18,238 nucleotides of DNA from assembly GCA_016840035.1 (NCBI GenBank), contig JAEOTC010000015.1, positions 1 through 18,238 of the forward strand, written 5' to 3'. The position numbers and the translations under genes were made by a program. The DNA is from Candidatus Hodarchaeota archaeon (GTDB lineage: Archaea; Asgardarchaeota; Heimdallarchaeia; Hodarchaeales; Hodarchaeaceae). Shown here in pieces: positions 7,683-15,498 of this stretch (its first letter is position 1; each line of letters opens with the position of its first letter). The notes below the pieces were generated by a model that saw only the letters and a list, made by a program, of their open reading frames with translations, had not been told where the DNA came from and made no database searches.

Positions 7683-8774
7683 TTAAAATTGATGTACCAC
7701 TTCTTCTAGCAGCTTCTTATATTTCCTAGCTCCATTTCTAAATGAAAAAAGAAAATGAGATTTCTTTGCTAGCTCCTCACGGTCTTTAGTTGTGAAAACT
7801 GGCAATTTTGCTATTTTTTGACTTATCTCTCTATTTGATAATCCATCAAAATTTATACTATTATGTAATTGATGCTCACTGTTAAAATCCGTTGTGGCTT
7901 GTCCCATTATTGACAAAACGTTCACACCACAACATAAAGCTTCAAATGTTTTAGTTTCAATTGTTGTTTCGTATAATTCGTGGCATTGAGGGTTAACATT
8001 AGCAACAGCATAATCAGCACCACGAATATGTTCAGCTAAAATAGATTGACTAACTTTTCCATTGTAAAAAGAGACATTTTTAAGTTGATATTTGTTTATT
8101 AGTCTGTCAATATCAACAGATCCTTTTCCATAACCGATAAGAGTTAAATGGACATCCTCTTCAGATTTTTGCAGCTCTTTCATTATTTCTAACCAAATTA
8201 TCGTGTGATGTAACCAAGAAAAACGTCCACTGTAAATTAGGTTTAGCCTAGCATCAGACAAATGACGAGTTTTCCCTTTGGTATTGAATATACGATCATT
8301 AGCACCGTTGCTAATGAAATGCAACTTGTTTTTATTCTTCACATGTTTAACAAGGTGACGATGAAGTCCTCTATGAGCGTATGTAATAGCATCAACCTTT
8401 TTCATTGTTGATACTTGTTCCCATTTTTCTATTCGTCTTTTTAAAAAAGGATGATAGACCCATTCTTGATACGTATTACGAACGTCGAGAATAGTATGAT
8501 AATTATTTGCTAATTCTTTAAGTATTGGAGCATATAATGGAGGATAAATTGATACAAGAAAAACAGTAATGTCAGAGCTTCTGTTAACAGGAGCTGATAG
8601 TATCTGCTTTAATAGGGCTTTACGTATTTTAATTCTCTTAAGAATCTTAATACCACTCGGTTGATATTCTTTAGGTAATTCATGAACAGAAATTTCAACT
8701 CCTATCTTCTGAAGTTCATTAGAAAGATGGTAAATGCGATTGGTTGGTTGACCAATAATTTCAAGATTAATCAT
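7683..8774 (-). CDS. Glycosyltransferase family 4 (GT-B)
   Basis: ILDVR, ISNGANxxIF, LIYSGRF, LIGYG, ADYAV, TKTFEALCCG (K-x-F-E-x-x-x-x-G donor-binding motif); 363 aa. Confidence 0.88.
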   Translation of the reverse strand: MINLEIIGQPTNRIYHLSNELQKIGVEISVHELPKEYQPSGIKILKRIKIRKALLKQILSAPVNRSSDITVFLVSIYPPLYAPILKELANNYHTILDVRNTYQEWVYHPFLKRRIEKWEQVSTMKKVDAITYAHRGLHRHLVKHVKNKNKLHFISNGANDRIFNTKGKTRHLSDARLNLIYSGRFSWLHHTIIWLEIMKELQKSEEDVHLTLIGYGKGSVDIDRLINKYQLKNVSFYNGKVSQSILAEHIRGADYAVANVNPQCHELYETTIETKTFEALCCGVNVLSIMGQATTDFNSEHQLHNSINFDGLSNREISQKIAKLPVFTTKDREELAKKSHFLFSFRNGARKYKKLLEEVVHQF

Positions 8775-8893
8775 TTTGTTTTCTATCCTATTTTCGCTTA
8801 ATATTAGAAAGCAATTGTATTTTCTTCCTAAGATCCAAAAAAGGAGAAATGACTTCAGTTTTTCCTTTTAAAACAATTTAATTCATAACAATG

Positions 8894-9487
8894 CTACACT
8901 ACTTCTTTTCCACGATAGTAATCAATTATTGTTGCTACTTTTTGCTTTAAAGAGGGTTTTGGTCGTTTTTGTGGTGAAACATCAGTTCTTGGAGGATAAA
9001 TCGAATCAAAAAGGGGTTCTTGAAAACGACAGAGTAAAGGGACTTCGCCATGATGGAAATTTGGATTTTTAAATCTTCGGAAAAATAAAGATTGTTTCTT
9101 CAGTAGTCCCCTCATTCTACGAATTAGAATGTAAAGAATGATAGTTCTACCTTCTTGTATCCGATGATAAACAACTGGTATTTTAAGTCCCAATTCTCTT
9201 GCTGCAAATGTCCGAAAATCACCATTTAGAACTTTATGGGATTTAGTCACTTCAATTGCGTACTTAAAGCCATAAAGAGCAATCGAGGGTAATATTTGCA
9301 TATAACTTTGCATTCCAACCTCAGTCTCGTCATTTTGCTCACCTGGTCCATAAATAGGTTGGTAAGGAGGATCAAAAGGAAAAAGTTCTTCTGGATCTAT
9401 AAAATATACTTCTTTAGTCAATCTGTTTACACCATAATACTTCTTAACAAATTTTGATCTTATATTCAAGGATGAAACTGTCACCAA
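8894..9487 (-). CDS. ParB/Sulfiredoxin N-terminal (ParBc-like) domain protein; start may be TTG 9469
   Basis: Residues ~27-107 follow the ParB-N pattern: IDPEELFP...ILPSIALYGFKYAIEV...VLNGDFRTFAARELGLKIPVVY (SIxxxG, GxxR, AAxxLG, IPV). GGTGA at 9485-9481 lies 11 nt before the in-frame TTG 9469. Confidence 0.72.
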   Translation of the reverse strand: MVTVSSLNIRSKFVKKYYGVNRLTKEVYFIDPEELFPFDPPYQPIYGPGEQNDETEVGMQSYMQILPSIALYGFKYAIEVTKSHKVLNGDFRTFAARELGLKIPVVYHRIQEGRTIILYILIRRMRGLLKKQSLFFRRFKNPNFHHGEVPLLCRFQEPLFDSIYPPRTDVSPQKRPKPSLKQKVATIIDYYRGKEVV

Positions 9488-9514
9488 ATAATTTTTCCAT
9501 AAAAAACGCGCTTA

Positions 9515-9531
9515 TAGATCAGAATGATCTA
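9515..9531. promoter_or_regulatory. Perfect palindrome, candidate operator
   Basis: TAGATCA-GAA-TGATCTA in the divergent intergenic region directly upstream of the ParB-like gene. Confidence 0.35.
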
Positions 9532-9553
9532 AATCAAGAGAGAAAATAGTCTC

Positions 9554-9585
9554 AATTTAAAGATTTTAATGAACAAAATTTATAT
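9554..9585. promoter_or_regulatory. Candidate back-to-back TATA-like boxes in the divergent intergenic region
   Basis: Minus strand AAAATCTTTAAAT (about 9566-9554); plus strand CAAAATTTATAT (9574-9585). Genes diverge from this region. Confidence 0.3.
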
Positions 9586-9626
9586 TTTTATCAAAAATTA
9601 TCTATCAATGCCCATGTGAAGAATTT

Positions 9627-9770
9627 ATGATAATTAAGCGATCGACAAAACAATACTTGCGATTTGTAATAATAGCTTTTTCAAGAGTTTTTTTCTCTAG
9701 AACTTCCTCCCTTTTAAATGCGATAATAATTACCGATTATTTATTAAGGAAACAATTAGACAGATCATAA
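9627..9770 (+). pseudogene. 47-codon ORF resembling a flippase N-terminus (possible remnant)
   Basis: MIIKRSTKQYLRFVIIAFSRVFFSRTSSLLNAIIITDYLLRKQLDRS: basic N-terminus plus hydrophobic stretch, like the start of Wzx proteins; GTGA upstream. The similarity is by eye only. Confidence 0.3.
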
Positions 9771-9913
9771 CAGCTCAATTCATATGTGTCTAATTAATGA
9801 GCTTTGGGATAGAATACTCCAGTAAACAACGAAAATTATCAATATGAAAGATTGACTAGGTAAAAATGAAAATTTGATATATCGTGAAATAATTTCATGA
9901 GAATGGAAACATA

Positions 9914-10741
9914 ATGAACAAATCAAAAAATTTAAAGATACTACATGTTTGTAACACTGCTTCAGTTCCCCAGACATTGGTAAAATATCAAAGAAAACTT
10001 GGTTACAAATCAGATCTGATTACACAAAAAATTTTTTCAATACCTGGTTCTGAAAACGTTGTACCAGATATTAAATTAATATCTGGTAACTCTCCAAGAA
10101 TGTTTGCCCTTAAAACTCTGAAAACGGCTCGTAAATATGATATCATTCATATTCATTATTTTGATAAGATTGTTCCGATTATTAAAAGACTCTATCCTCG
10201 TAAAAGGATTATTTTGACATATCATGGCGATGATATTCGTGAACAGTGGAATAATAGAGAGAAATACTATCAAAAAGCTGATATTGTGACTGTTGCTACA
10301 CCTGATTTAAAAGAAAATGCCCCTAAAAATGTAATTTATGTTCCTAATATCGTTGATGAAGACCATTTTCAAAGAATTAATCCTTATATTCCTGGTACTG
10401 TAATACATATCAATATGGGACAAGGCCACGAAAAAGCACTAGAATCAGCTATTAAAACTGCAAATGAACGAGAATTACATCTTACAGTTATCGATAGATC
10501 AAAATATCTTTTCCCCTACGACATTTTTCCTCGTTTTTTTGAATTATTTGAATACTATAATGAGGTTAAAGTTAATACTACAAAAGGTGAAGGATGGATG
10601 TACTTTCTTAGTCTTACAGCTCTTCAAATGCTTTTTCTTGGAGGAAAAGTGATTTTCTACGACAAAGATTTCACTTCTTTTCATAAAAAACACGATGCGC
10701 ACACTGTTACTGAGAAATGGATAGATATTTATAGGGGGTAA
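9914..10741 (+). CDS. Short GT-B (GT4-like) glycosyltransferase with a reduced C-terminal domain
   Basis: LKILHV, YDIIHIH, ILTYHGDDIR, ADIVTVATPDL, YVPNIVDxxxF; C-terminal LSLTALQMLFLGGKVI matches the position of the usual ALEAMxxGxPVI motif. Confidence 0.78.
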   Translation: MNKSKNLKILHVCNTASVPQTLVKYQRKLGYKSDLITQKIFSIPGSENVVPDIKLISGNSPRMFALKTLKTARKYDIIHIHYFDKIVPIIKRLYPRKRIILTYHGDDIREQWNNREKYYQKADIVTVATPDLKENAPKNVIYVPNIVDEDHFQRINPYIPGTVIHINMGQGHEKALESAIKTANERELHLTVIDRSKYLFPYDIFPRFFELFEYYNEVKVNTTKGEGWMYFLSLTALQMLFLGGKVIFYDKDFTSFHKKHDAHTVTEKWIDIYRG

Positions 10742-10747
10742 TCATCA

Positions 10748-11200
10748 TTGACAAATCTAGATATCATTGGTGAATCTCGTGCACAAATAAAGAACATTGG
10801 TGGTAACAGAATTCATCATCTTTCTCAAGAATTGATTAAATCGGGAATTGAGATAAATTATCATGAATTACCTCCTAATTATAAAAGAAGTAAAATCAAG
10901 TTTATCAAACGAATTCGGTAACATAGTGCCTTATACAACCAAATTATCAGTGAAACTAGAGATTACAAGTCTGAAAATACAGTATTTATGGTCACATCTC
11001 CCCCTACTATTTATGCACCGATTTTATCTTCGTTGTCATCAAAATTTTGTACCATTCTCGATTTAAGAGATATTTATCAGGAGTGGGAATATCATCCATT
11101 CTTGAAAAGGCAAATTAATATATGGGAGCAGTGTTCTGCAATGAAACATGCAGAAGCTGTTACCTTTGCTCATGAAAATTTCAAAATCAAACTCACTAAT
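10748..11200 (+). pseudogene. Pseudogene paralog of the GT4 at 7683..8774 (nonsense codon plus truncation)
   Basis: TTG 10748 after AGGGGGT gives MTNLDIIG...NRIHHLSQELIKSGIEINYHELP...KRIR, then TAA (10919-10921), then in the same frame ...TVFMVTSPPTIYAPIL...TILDLRDIYQEWEYHPFLKRQINIWEQCSAMK...TFAH. About 38 of 65 residues are identical to 7683..8774 in the best block. Homology ends near 11180-11200; the end point is approximate. Confidence 0.88.
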
Positions 11201-11238
11201 AATTCTTTTAGAAATGATTCAGATATTTGGAATAGTTT

Positions 11239-13155
11239 CTATTTCATTGATATTTCAGTGTTTGATTCAAAAAATAACTTTAACCAGATATTGAAACAGG
11301 CTACTCTGAAGAGAAATTTCAATTCATTTGCTCTTAGCGTCTTTCTCTTACTACAAAGTTCCTTAATTTTATTTAATTCAACATATTGTTGCATAAAAGG
11401 ATGGGGAGTGTTTTCTAACTCAGCTAAAAACTTTGGATCGGATTTTTGTAACCAAAATACTTCAGGCACAGCAAACCCAATTTTATCATAGCGATCTAGT
11501 ATAGATTGTGGTGTCGTTCCTTCTAACGCTTTTCTAAAAATCCATTTAGTGACACCATTTTTTATAATATAGCTTGACGGAAGAGCTAGAATATAAGTCA
11601 CCAAATTATGATCTAAGAATGGTACTCTGGCTTCAAGAGAAAATGCCATTGAGTTACGGTCTTCATATCGCAATAAGTGTTGAAAGCTGAATTCTAAAGT
11701 AGTCATTAACGCATTATCTAACTCATGTCTCCTTAACATTAGAGTAGGTAATGCCTGTTTAGAGTGATTAACAATGAATTCCTTTTGTAGATATTTTGTT
11801 TCACCTTTATATCTAGATACTACTCTTTTATGAACGAATTTCGGTAGAAATTGTGCAAAGAATGATTTCACATTTCTCTTGTATCTACTCGCCTTGAGTT
11901 CTTTGATTAAAGTAAGCCAACGGAATTTTTTAAATAACTCATAGAAGTAATAAGTGGATAAAGGAAAGTAACCTGCTAATGTCTCATCAGCTCCTTGACC
12001 ATCTAGGAGTACGGTCACACCTTTTTCAGATGCAAGCCGCATAACACAAAATTGGCCAAAAGGTGACATACTTTCAACAGGTTCTTCCTGATACCAAATG
12101 AAATCACTAAAATCGGTATCAATGTCGTTAATTGTAGGAGTATAAGTATTGTTGTTTGTGTGGGTTTGAACTGTGACCATTTCAACAAATTTTTTCTCAG
12201 AGAAGACGAATGATTCATCGAAGACTATTGAGAAAGTTTGAAAAATGTCTTGTTTGTCCTCAGGTAATATTTTACCAATTACGGACACAACGGAAGAAGA
12301 ATCAATACCTCCACTCAAGCAAGAACCTACTGTAACATCACTTCTCAATCTTAACTGAACAGCTCTAAAAAATATTTCTCTAACGGCATTTACATGTTCT
12401 TCTAATGATTTTTCTTTGAAAGAATCTTCAATTCTGAGTTTTTGTACTTCTTCTTTCAAATTCCAATATTTTGTAAAGGTATAATCCTCTTTTGACGAAA
12501 TAATTGCATAATGAGCAGCAGGGAATCGCCTGATTTCCTTGAAAAATGTGTCATCCGTTCTATCAACAGCTCCATATGACAAATAGTCCCAGATTTTGTC
12601 GTTGTTTGGTGAAATATTTTTGCCTCTTATCTTGAGTATTGGCTTCATTTCCGACGAGATAATAAAATAGTCTTTGAATGACGAATAGTATAAAGGTTTA
12701 ATTCCAAATCGGTCACGGACGACTAATAGCTCCTCTTTGTGGTCATCCCAGATTATAAACGCAAACATACCATTCAACCTTGATAGAAACTCCACCCCAA
12801 ATTTTCTGTAACCCTTCAATAAAACTTCAGTATCTGTATTAGTGGTAAAAACTTCCCCAAGTTCAACCAACTCGTTTCGTAATTCAATATAATTATATAT
12901 TTCACCATTGTAAATAATTGTAAGCCGGCCATCTTCTGTACTCATTGGTTGTATACCAGCATCAGATAGATCGATAATGGCTAATCTGTGATGTCCAAAT
13001 ATAATAGATTTATTTCCATTTGATTTATGTACAAATTTTTCCGTTTTTACCGCATCAGGGCCACGATGTCTCATTTCATTCAATATCTGCTTGAATTCGC
13101 TTTCAATGTTGAGTTCTGTGTCTTCATTAACCAAAACGGCAAGGATACCACACAT
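11239..13155 (-). CDS. asnB: Asparagine synthase (glutamine-hydrolysing) family amidotransferase, glycan-associated (WbpS-like)
   Basis: N-terminal MCGI, HRGPD, HRLAIIDL, QPM, NGEIYN, DTEV, RDRFGIKPLY, PP-loop LSGGIDSS, GQGADE, LLRYEDRNSMAFSLEARVPFLD, KIGF; RBS AGGTGA. Confidence 0.94.
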   Translation of the reverse strand: MCGILAVLVNEDTELNIESEFKQILNEMRHRGPDAVKTEKFVHKSNGNKSIIFGHHRLAIIDLSDAGIQPMSTEDGRLTIIYNGEIYNYIELRNELVELGEVFTTNTDTEVLLKGYRKFGVEFLSRLNGMFAFIIWDDHKEELLVVRDRFGIKPLYYSSFKDYFIISSEMKPILKIRGKNISPNNDKIWDYLSYGAVDRTDDTFFKEIRRFPAAHYAIISSKEDYTFTKYWNLKEEVQKLRIEDSFKEKSLEEHVNAVREIFFRAVQLRLRSDVTVGSCLSGGIDSSSVVSVIGKILPEDKQDIFQTFSIVFDESFVFSEKKFVEMVTVQTHTNNNTYTPTINDIDTDFSDFIWYQEEPVESMSPFGQFCVMRLASEKGVTVLLDGQGADETLAGYFPLSTYYFYELFKKFRWLTLIKELKASRYKRNVKSFFAQFLPKFVHKRVVSRYKGETKYLQKEFIVNHSKQALPTLMLRRHELDNALMTTLEFSFQHLLRYEDRNSMAFSLEARVPFLDHNLVTYILALPSSYIIKNGVTKWIFRKALEGTTPQSILDRYDKIGFAVPEVFWLQKSDPKFLAELENTPHPFMQQYVELNKIKELCSKRKTLRANELKFLFRVACFNIWLKLFFESNTEISMK

Positions 13156-13183
13156 AAAAGGTTCACCTTTCGAAAGGAAGAAT

Positions 13184-14299
13184 TCAGATTTTAGGAATAC
13201 TTGGAATTTCCAGGTCGTTTCTAGCGATCTCTCTTAGTATGTATTCGGAAGCTTTTCCATCTCCGTAAATTTTCTTATTTGTTTTTAGCTTTTTGTTGTA
13301 CATAGAGTCAATAGCTTGACAAATTAGTTTATCATTAGCACCAACGACTATATTGGCATTTTCTTCAACAGTTTCGACCCACTCTGTTGAATCCCGAAGC
13401 GTCACACACGGTACATCAAGTAAAAAAGCTTCTTTTTGTAGACCCCCTGAATCTGTAACAATTAATCCTGAATAAGCCACTAAGTTAAGAAAAATACGGT
13501 ATGATAATGGATCTATCATCCTCAAATTACTAGGAATTTCTATTTTTGACGAATTGATTATTTTTTTTGTATGAGGATGAAGGGGGAGTATTGACAAAAT
13601 GTTACTTTGCCCAATTGATGATAGAATTCGTCGTATTCTTTCAAGATCATTTAAATTTTCTCGTCTATGCAATGTTATTACTTGGTAGTTCTTCTCAGAT
13701 ATTTCCAAAGTCTTGGCTGTTACAGCAAACAGGTTCTTGTCTAAAATCTTTTCCTTTTCTGATAATAATAGATCGTACATTGTGTCGCCAGAGTGAACTA
13801 CTTTTCCAAGCACTGATTCATTTTTTAAGTTGGTGGTTGCTGTTGTTGTTGGTGTAAATAAAACGGACGAACCGTGATCAATCAATCTACGATTTATTTC
13901 TTCTTGCATTCTTAGATCATAACTTCTCAGACCAGCTTCTAGATGGATAACAGGAATGGCTAAGAACAACCCTGCTAACGCAGCGGCTAAAGCTGAGTTT
14001 GTATCTCCAGGTACAAGTATACCATTGAATTTATCTTTTTTTAAAATTACTACGAGCTTTTCAATTATTGAACGAATATGATATTCTATTGAGCCTGATC
14101 GCACATTCAGATGATGTTCTGGAGTGTCTACTTCAAGCTCTCGGAAAAAGACATCTGCCATGTATGAATCATAATGTTGTCCTGTAAAAATGTGAACAAT
14201 TTCGATTGAAGGAGCTATCCTTGCAGCTCTTAAAACAGGTACGGATTTGATTATTTGTGGTCTCGTTCCAGTAACAAGAGCGTATTTTTTACCCATCAT
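13184..14299 (-). CDS. wecB: Non-hydrolysing UDP-N-acetylglucosamine 2-epimerase family (WecB/WbpI-like)
   Basis: GTRPQIIK, TGQHYD, GDTNS, HLEAGLRS, EEINRRLIDH, TLHRREN, TDSGGLQKEA, CVTLRDSTEWVE, YGDGKAS. Confidence 0.93.
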   Translation of the reverse strand: MMGKKYALVTGTRPQIIKSVPVLRAARIAPSIEIVHIFTGQHYDSYMADVFFRELEVDTPEHHLNVRSGSIEYHIRSIIEKLVVILKKDKFNGILVPGDTNSALAAALAGLFLAIPVIHLEAGLRSYDLRMQEEINRRLIDHGSSVLFTPTTTATTNLKNESVLGKVVHSGDTMYDLLLSEKEKILDKNLFAVTAKTLEISEKNYQVITLHRRENLNDLERIRRILSSIGQSNILSILPLHPHTKKIINSSKIEIPSNLRMIDPLSYRIFLNLVAYSGLIVTDSGGLQKEAFLLDVPCVTLRDSTEWVETVEENANIVVGANDKLICQAIDSMYNKKLKTNKKIYGDGKASEYILREIARNDLEIPSIPKI

Positions 14300-14333
14300 T
14301 AATCAACCACTTGTACAAATCAGGTTAGATAGT

Positions 14334-15458
14334 TTATATTGACTTATAGAATTCAATCAACTTATTTTCTACTGATTCCCAAATAATTTCTGGTCTCAAA
14401 TCCTTCTCTGCCGTTCTAATGCTATCCCTGATCTCAGGGTGCTTAATTAAGAATTCAATCTTTTGAGCTATTTCTAGAGAGGAAGTTGGGTTGACATTTA
14501 TTCCTCCTATTCTCTTAAGATAGAATGTGCTTCCTTTATAATAAGGATAAATTAGCGGCAATTCACAAGCAATGTATTCGAAAATTTTGTTTGAAAGACC
14601 ATAATCATTATTGGGGGTTGGTTGGTAGAGAGCGATTCCGATATCTGCGTTAATTAGATAGTTTCTTACCTTATAATAATGAACATTTCCTACAATTTCA
14701 ATAAAGGGTTCCAATCCTTCTGTTTTGACCATTTCTTCGACCGTACTTCGAAAAGGGCCATCTCCAACCAATTGAACGAGAAAATCGTCTCGCTTTTGAC
14801 TCAGAATACTCACGGCTTCAACTAATTGTTCATATCCCCTGTTTCTAAGGATGCCTCCAGAATAGATAATAATTATTTTCTCGTTTAATGATTTTTCGCC
14901 TGCAAAAAATTCTTCTTTTGATGGAAAATTGGGAATATATAGAAAATGTTTGATGTTATAGCGTTTTTGCATTAGTTTTTTTTGAGGTAGACTAATGCCT
15001 ATGATTTTGTTAACAAACTTGACACAAAACTTTTCTAACATTAGGAATGGTAAAGTAATTAGATTTCCTAGTTTTTCCCTTACACTCTCGGGATAAATCT
15101 CATGTGAATCATATACGATCTCGGTGTGTGGGAATAATAGTTTGTACCACACAGCAGGAACCAACCCAGTCAAGTCATGACAATGTAAGATATCAAAATT
15201 TCTCTTAATCATTAAATAATGAAAACTTAGAATCCAGAATTTTAGGAGCTGATTTACAGTCAATTTTCCCTTCCAATCGGAATATTTCCCGACTCTTGGA
15301 ACCCTCACTTTGCTAAAAGTCATTTGCATGCTCTCCTCCGCACAACAAAGAACTGTTATATTATGTCCAGCTTTTGTTAGAGTAAGAGCTTCCTTTCTAA
15401 CTCTAACATCTGAAGGGAAGAATCCAAACAGAATCATTGTGATTTTCATTTTCATCAA
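14334..15458 (-). CDS. Glycosyltransferase family 4 (WbuB-like); start may be ATG 15455 or 15449
   Basis: DVRVRKEA, HCHD, VYDSHE, IPNFP, IYSGG, VGDGP, ADIGI, SNKIFEYIACELP. Confidence 0.92.
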   Translation of the reverse strand: MMKMKITMILFGFFPSDVRVRKEALTLTKAGHNITVLCCAEESMQMTFSKVRVPRVGKYSDWKGKLTVNQLLKFWILSFHYLMIKRNFDILHCHDLTGLVPAVWYKLLFPHTEIVYDSHEIYPESVREKLGNLITLPFLMLEKFCVKFVNKIIGISLPQKKLMQKRYNIKHFLYIPNFPSKEEFFAGEKSLNEKIIIIYSGGILRNRGYEQLVEAVSILSQKRDDFLVQLVGDGPFRSTVEEMVKTEGLEPFIEIVGNVHYYKVRNYLINADIGIALYQPTPNNDYGLSNKIFEYIACELPLIYPYYKGSTFYLKRIGGINVNPTSSLEIAQKIEFLIKHPEIRDSIRTAEKDLRPEIIWESVENKLIEFYKSI

Positions 15459-15498
15459 AGCTGAAAAAGATTTGGTTTTTAATGACGCTTTTTTCTTG

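Noticed and set aside
8894-9487. Calling the ParB-like gene a partition system, or reading PQKRPK as a nuclear localisation signal
   Set aside because: There is no parA, HTH or replication gene; short basic motifs are common in Lys-rich proteins of AT-rich genomes.
8788-10921. In-frame stops (TAA 8880-8878, TGA 9875-9877, TAA 10919-10921) as stop-codon recoding
   Set aside because: TAA, TGA and TAG all end intact genes here, and the affected frames are truncated anyway, so nonsense mutation is simpler.
9780-11491. ORFs 9780..9977, 10076..10273, 10464..10652, 10863..11066, and 10988..11491 as a real 167-aa gene
   Set aside because: The first four are shadows. 10988..11491 is the post-stop part of the GT pseudogene running on into antisense asnB.
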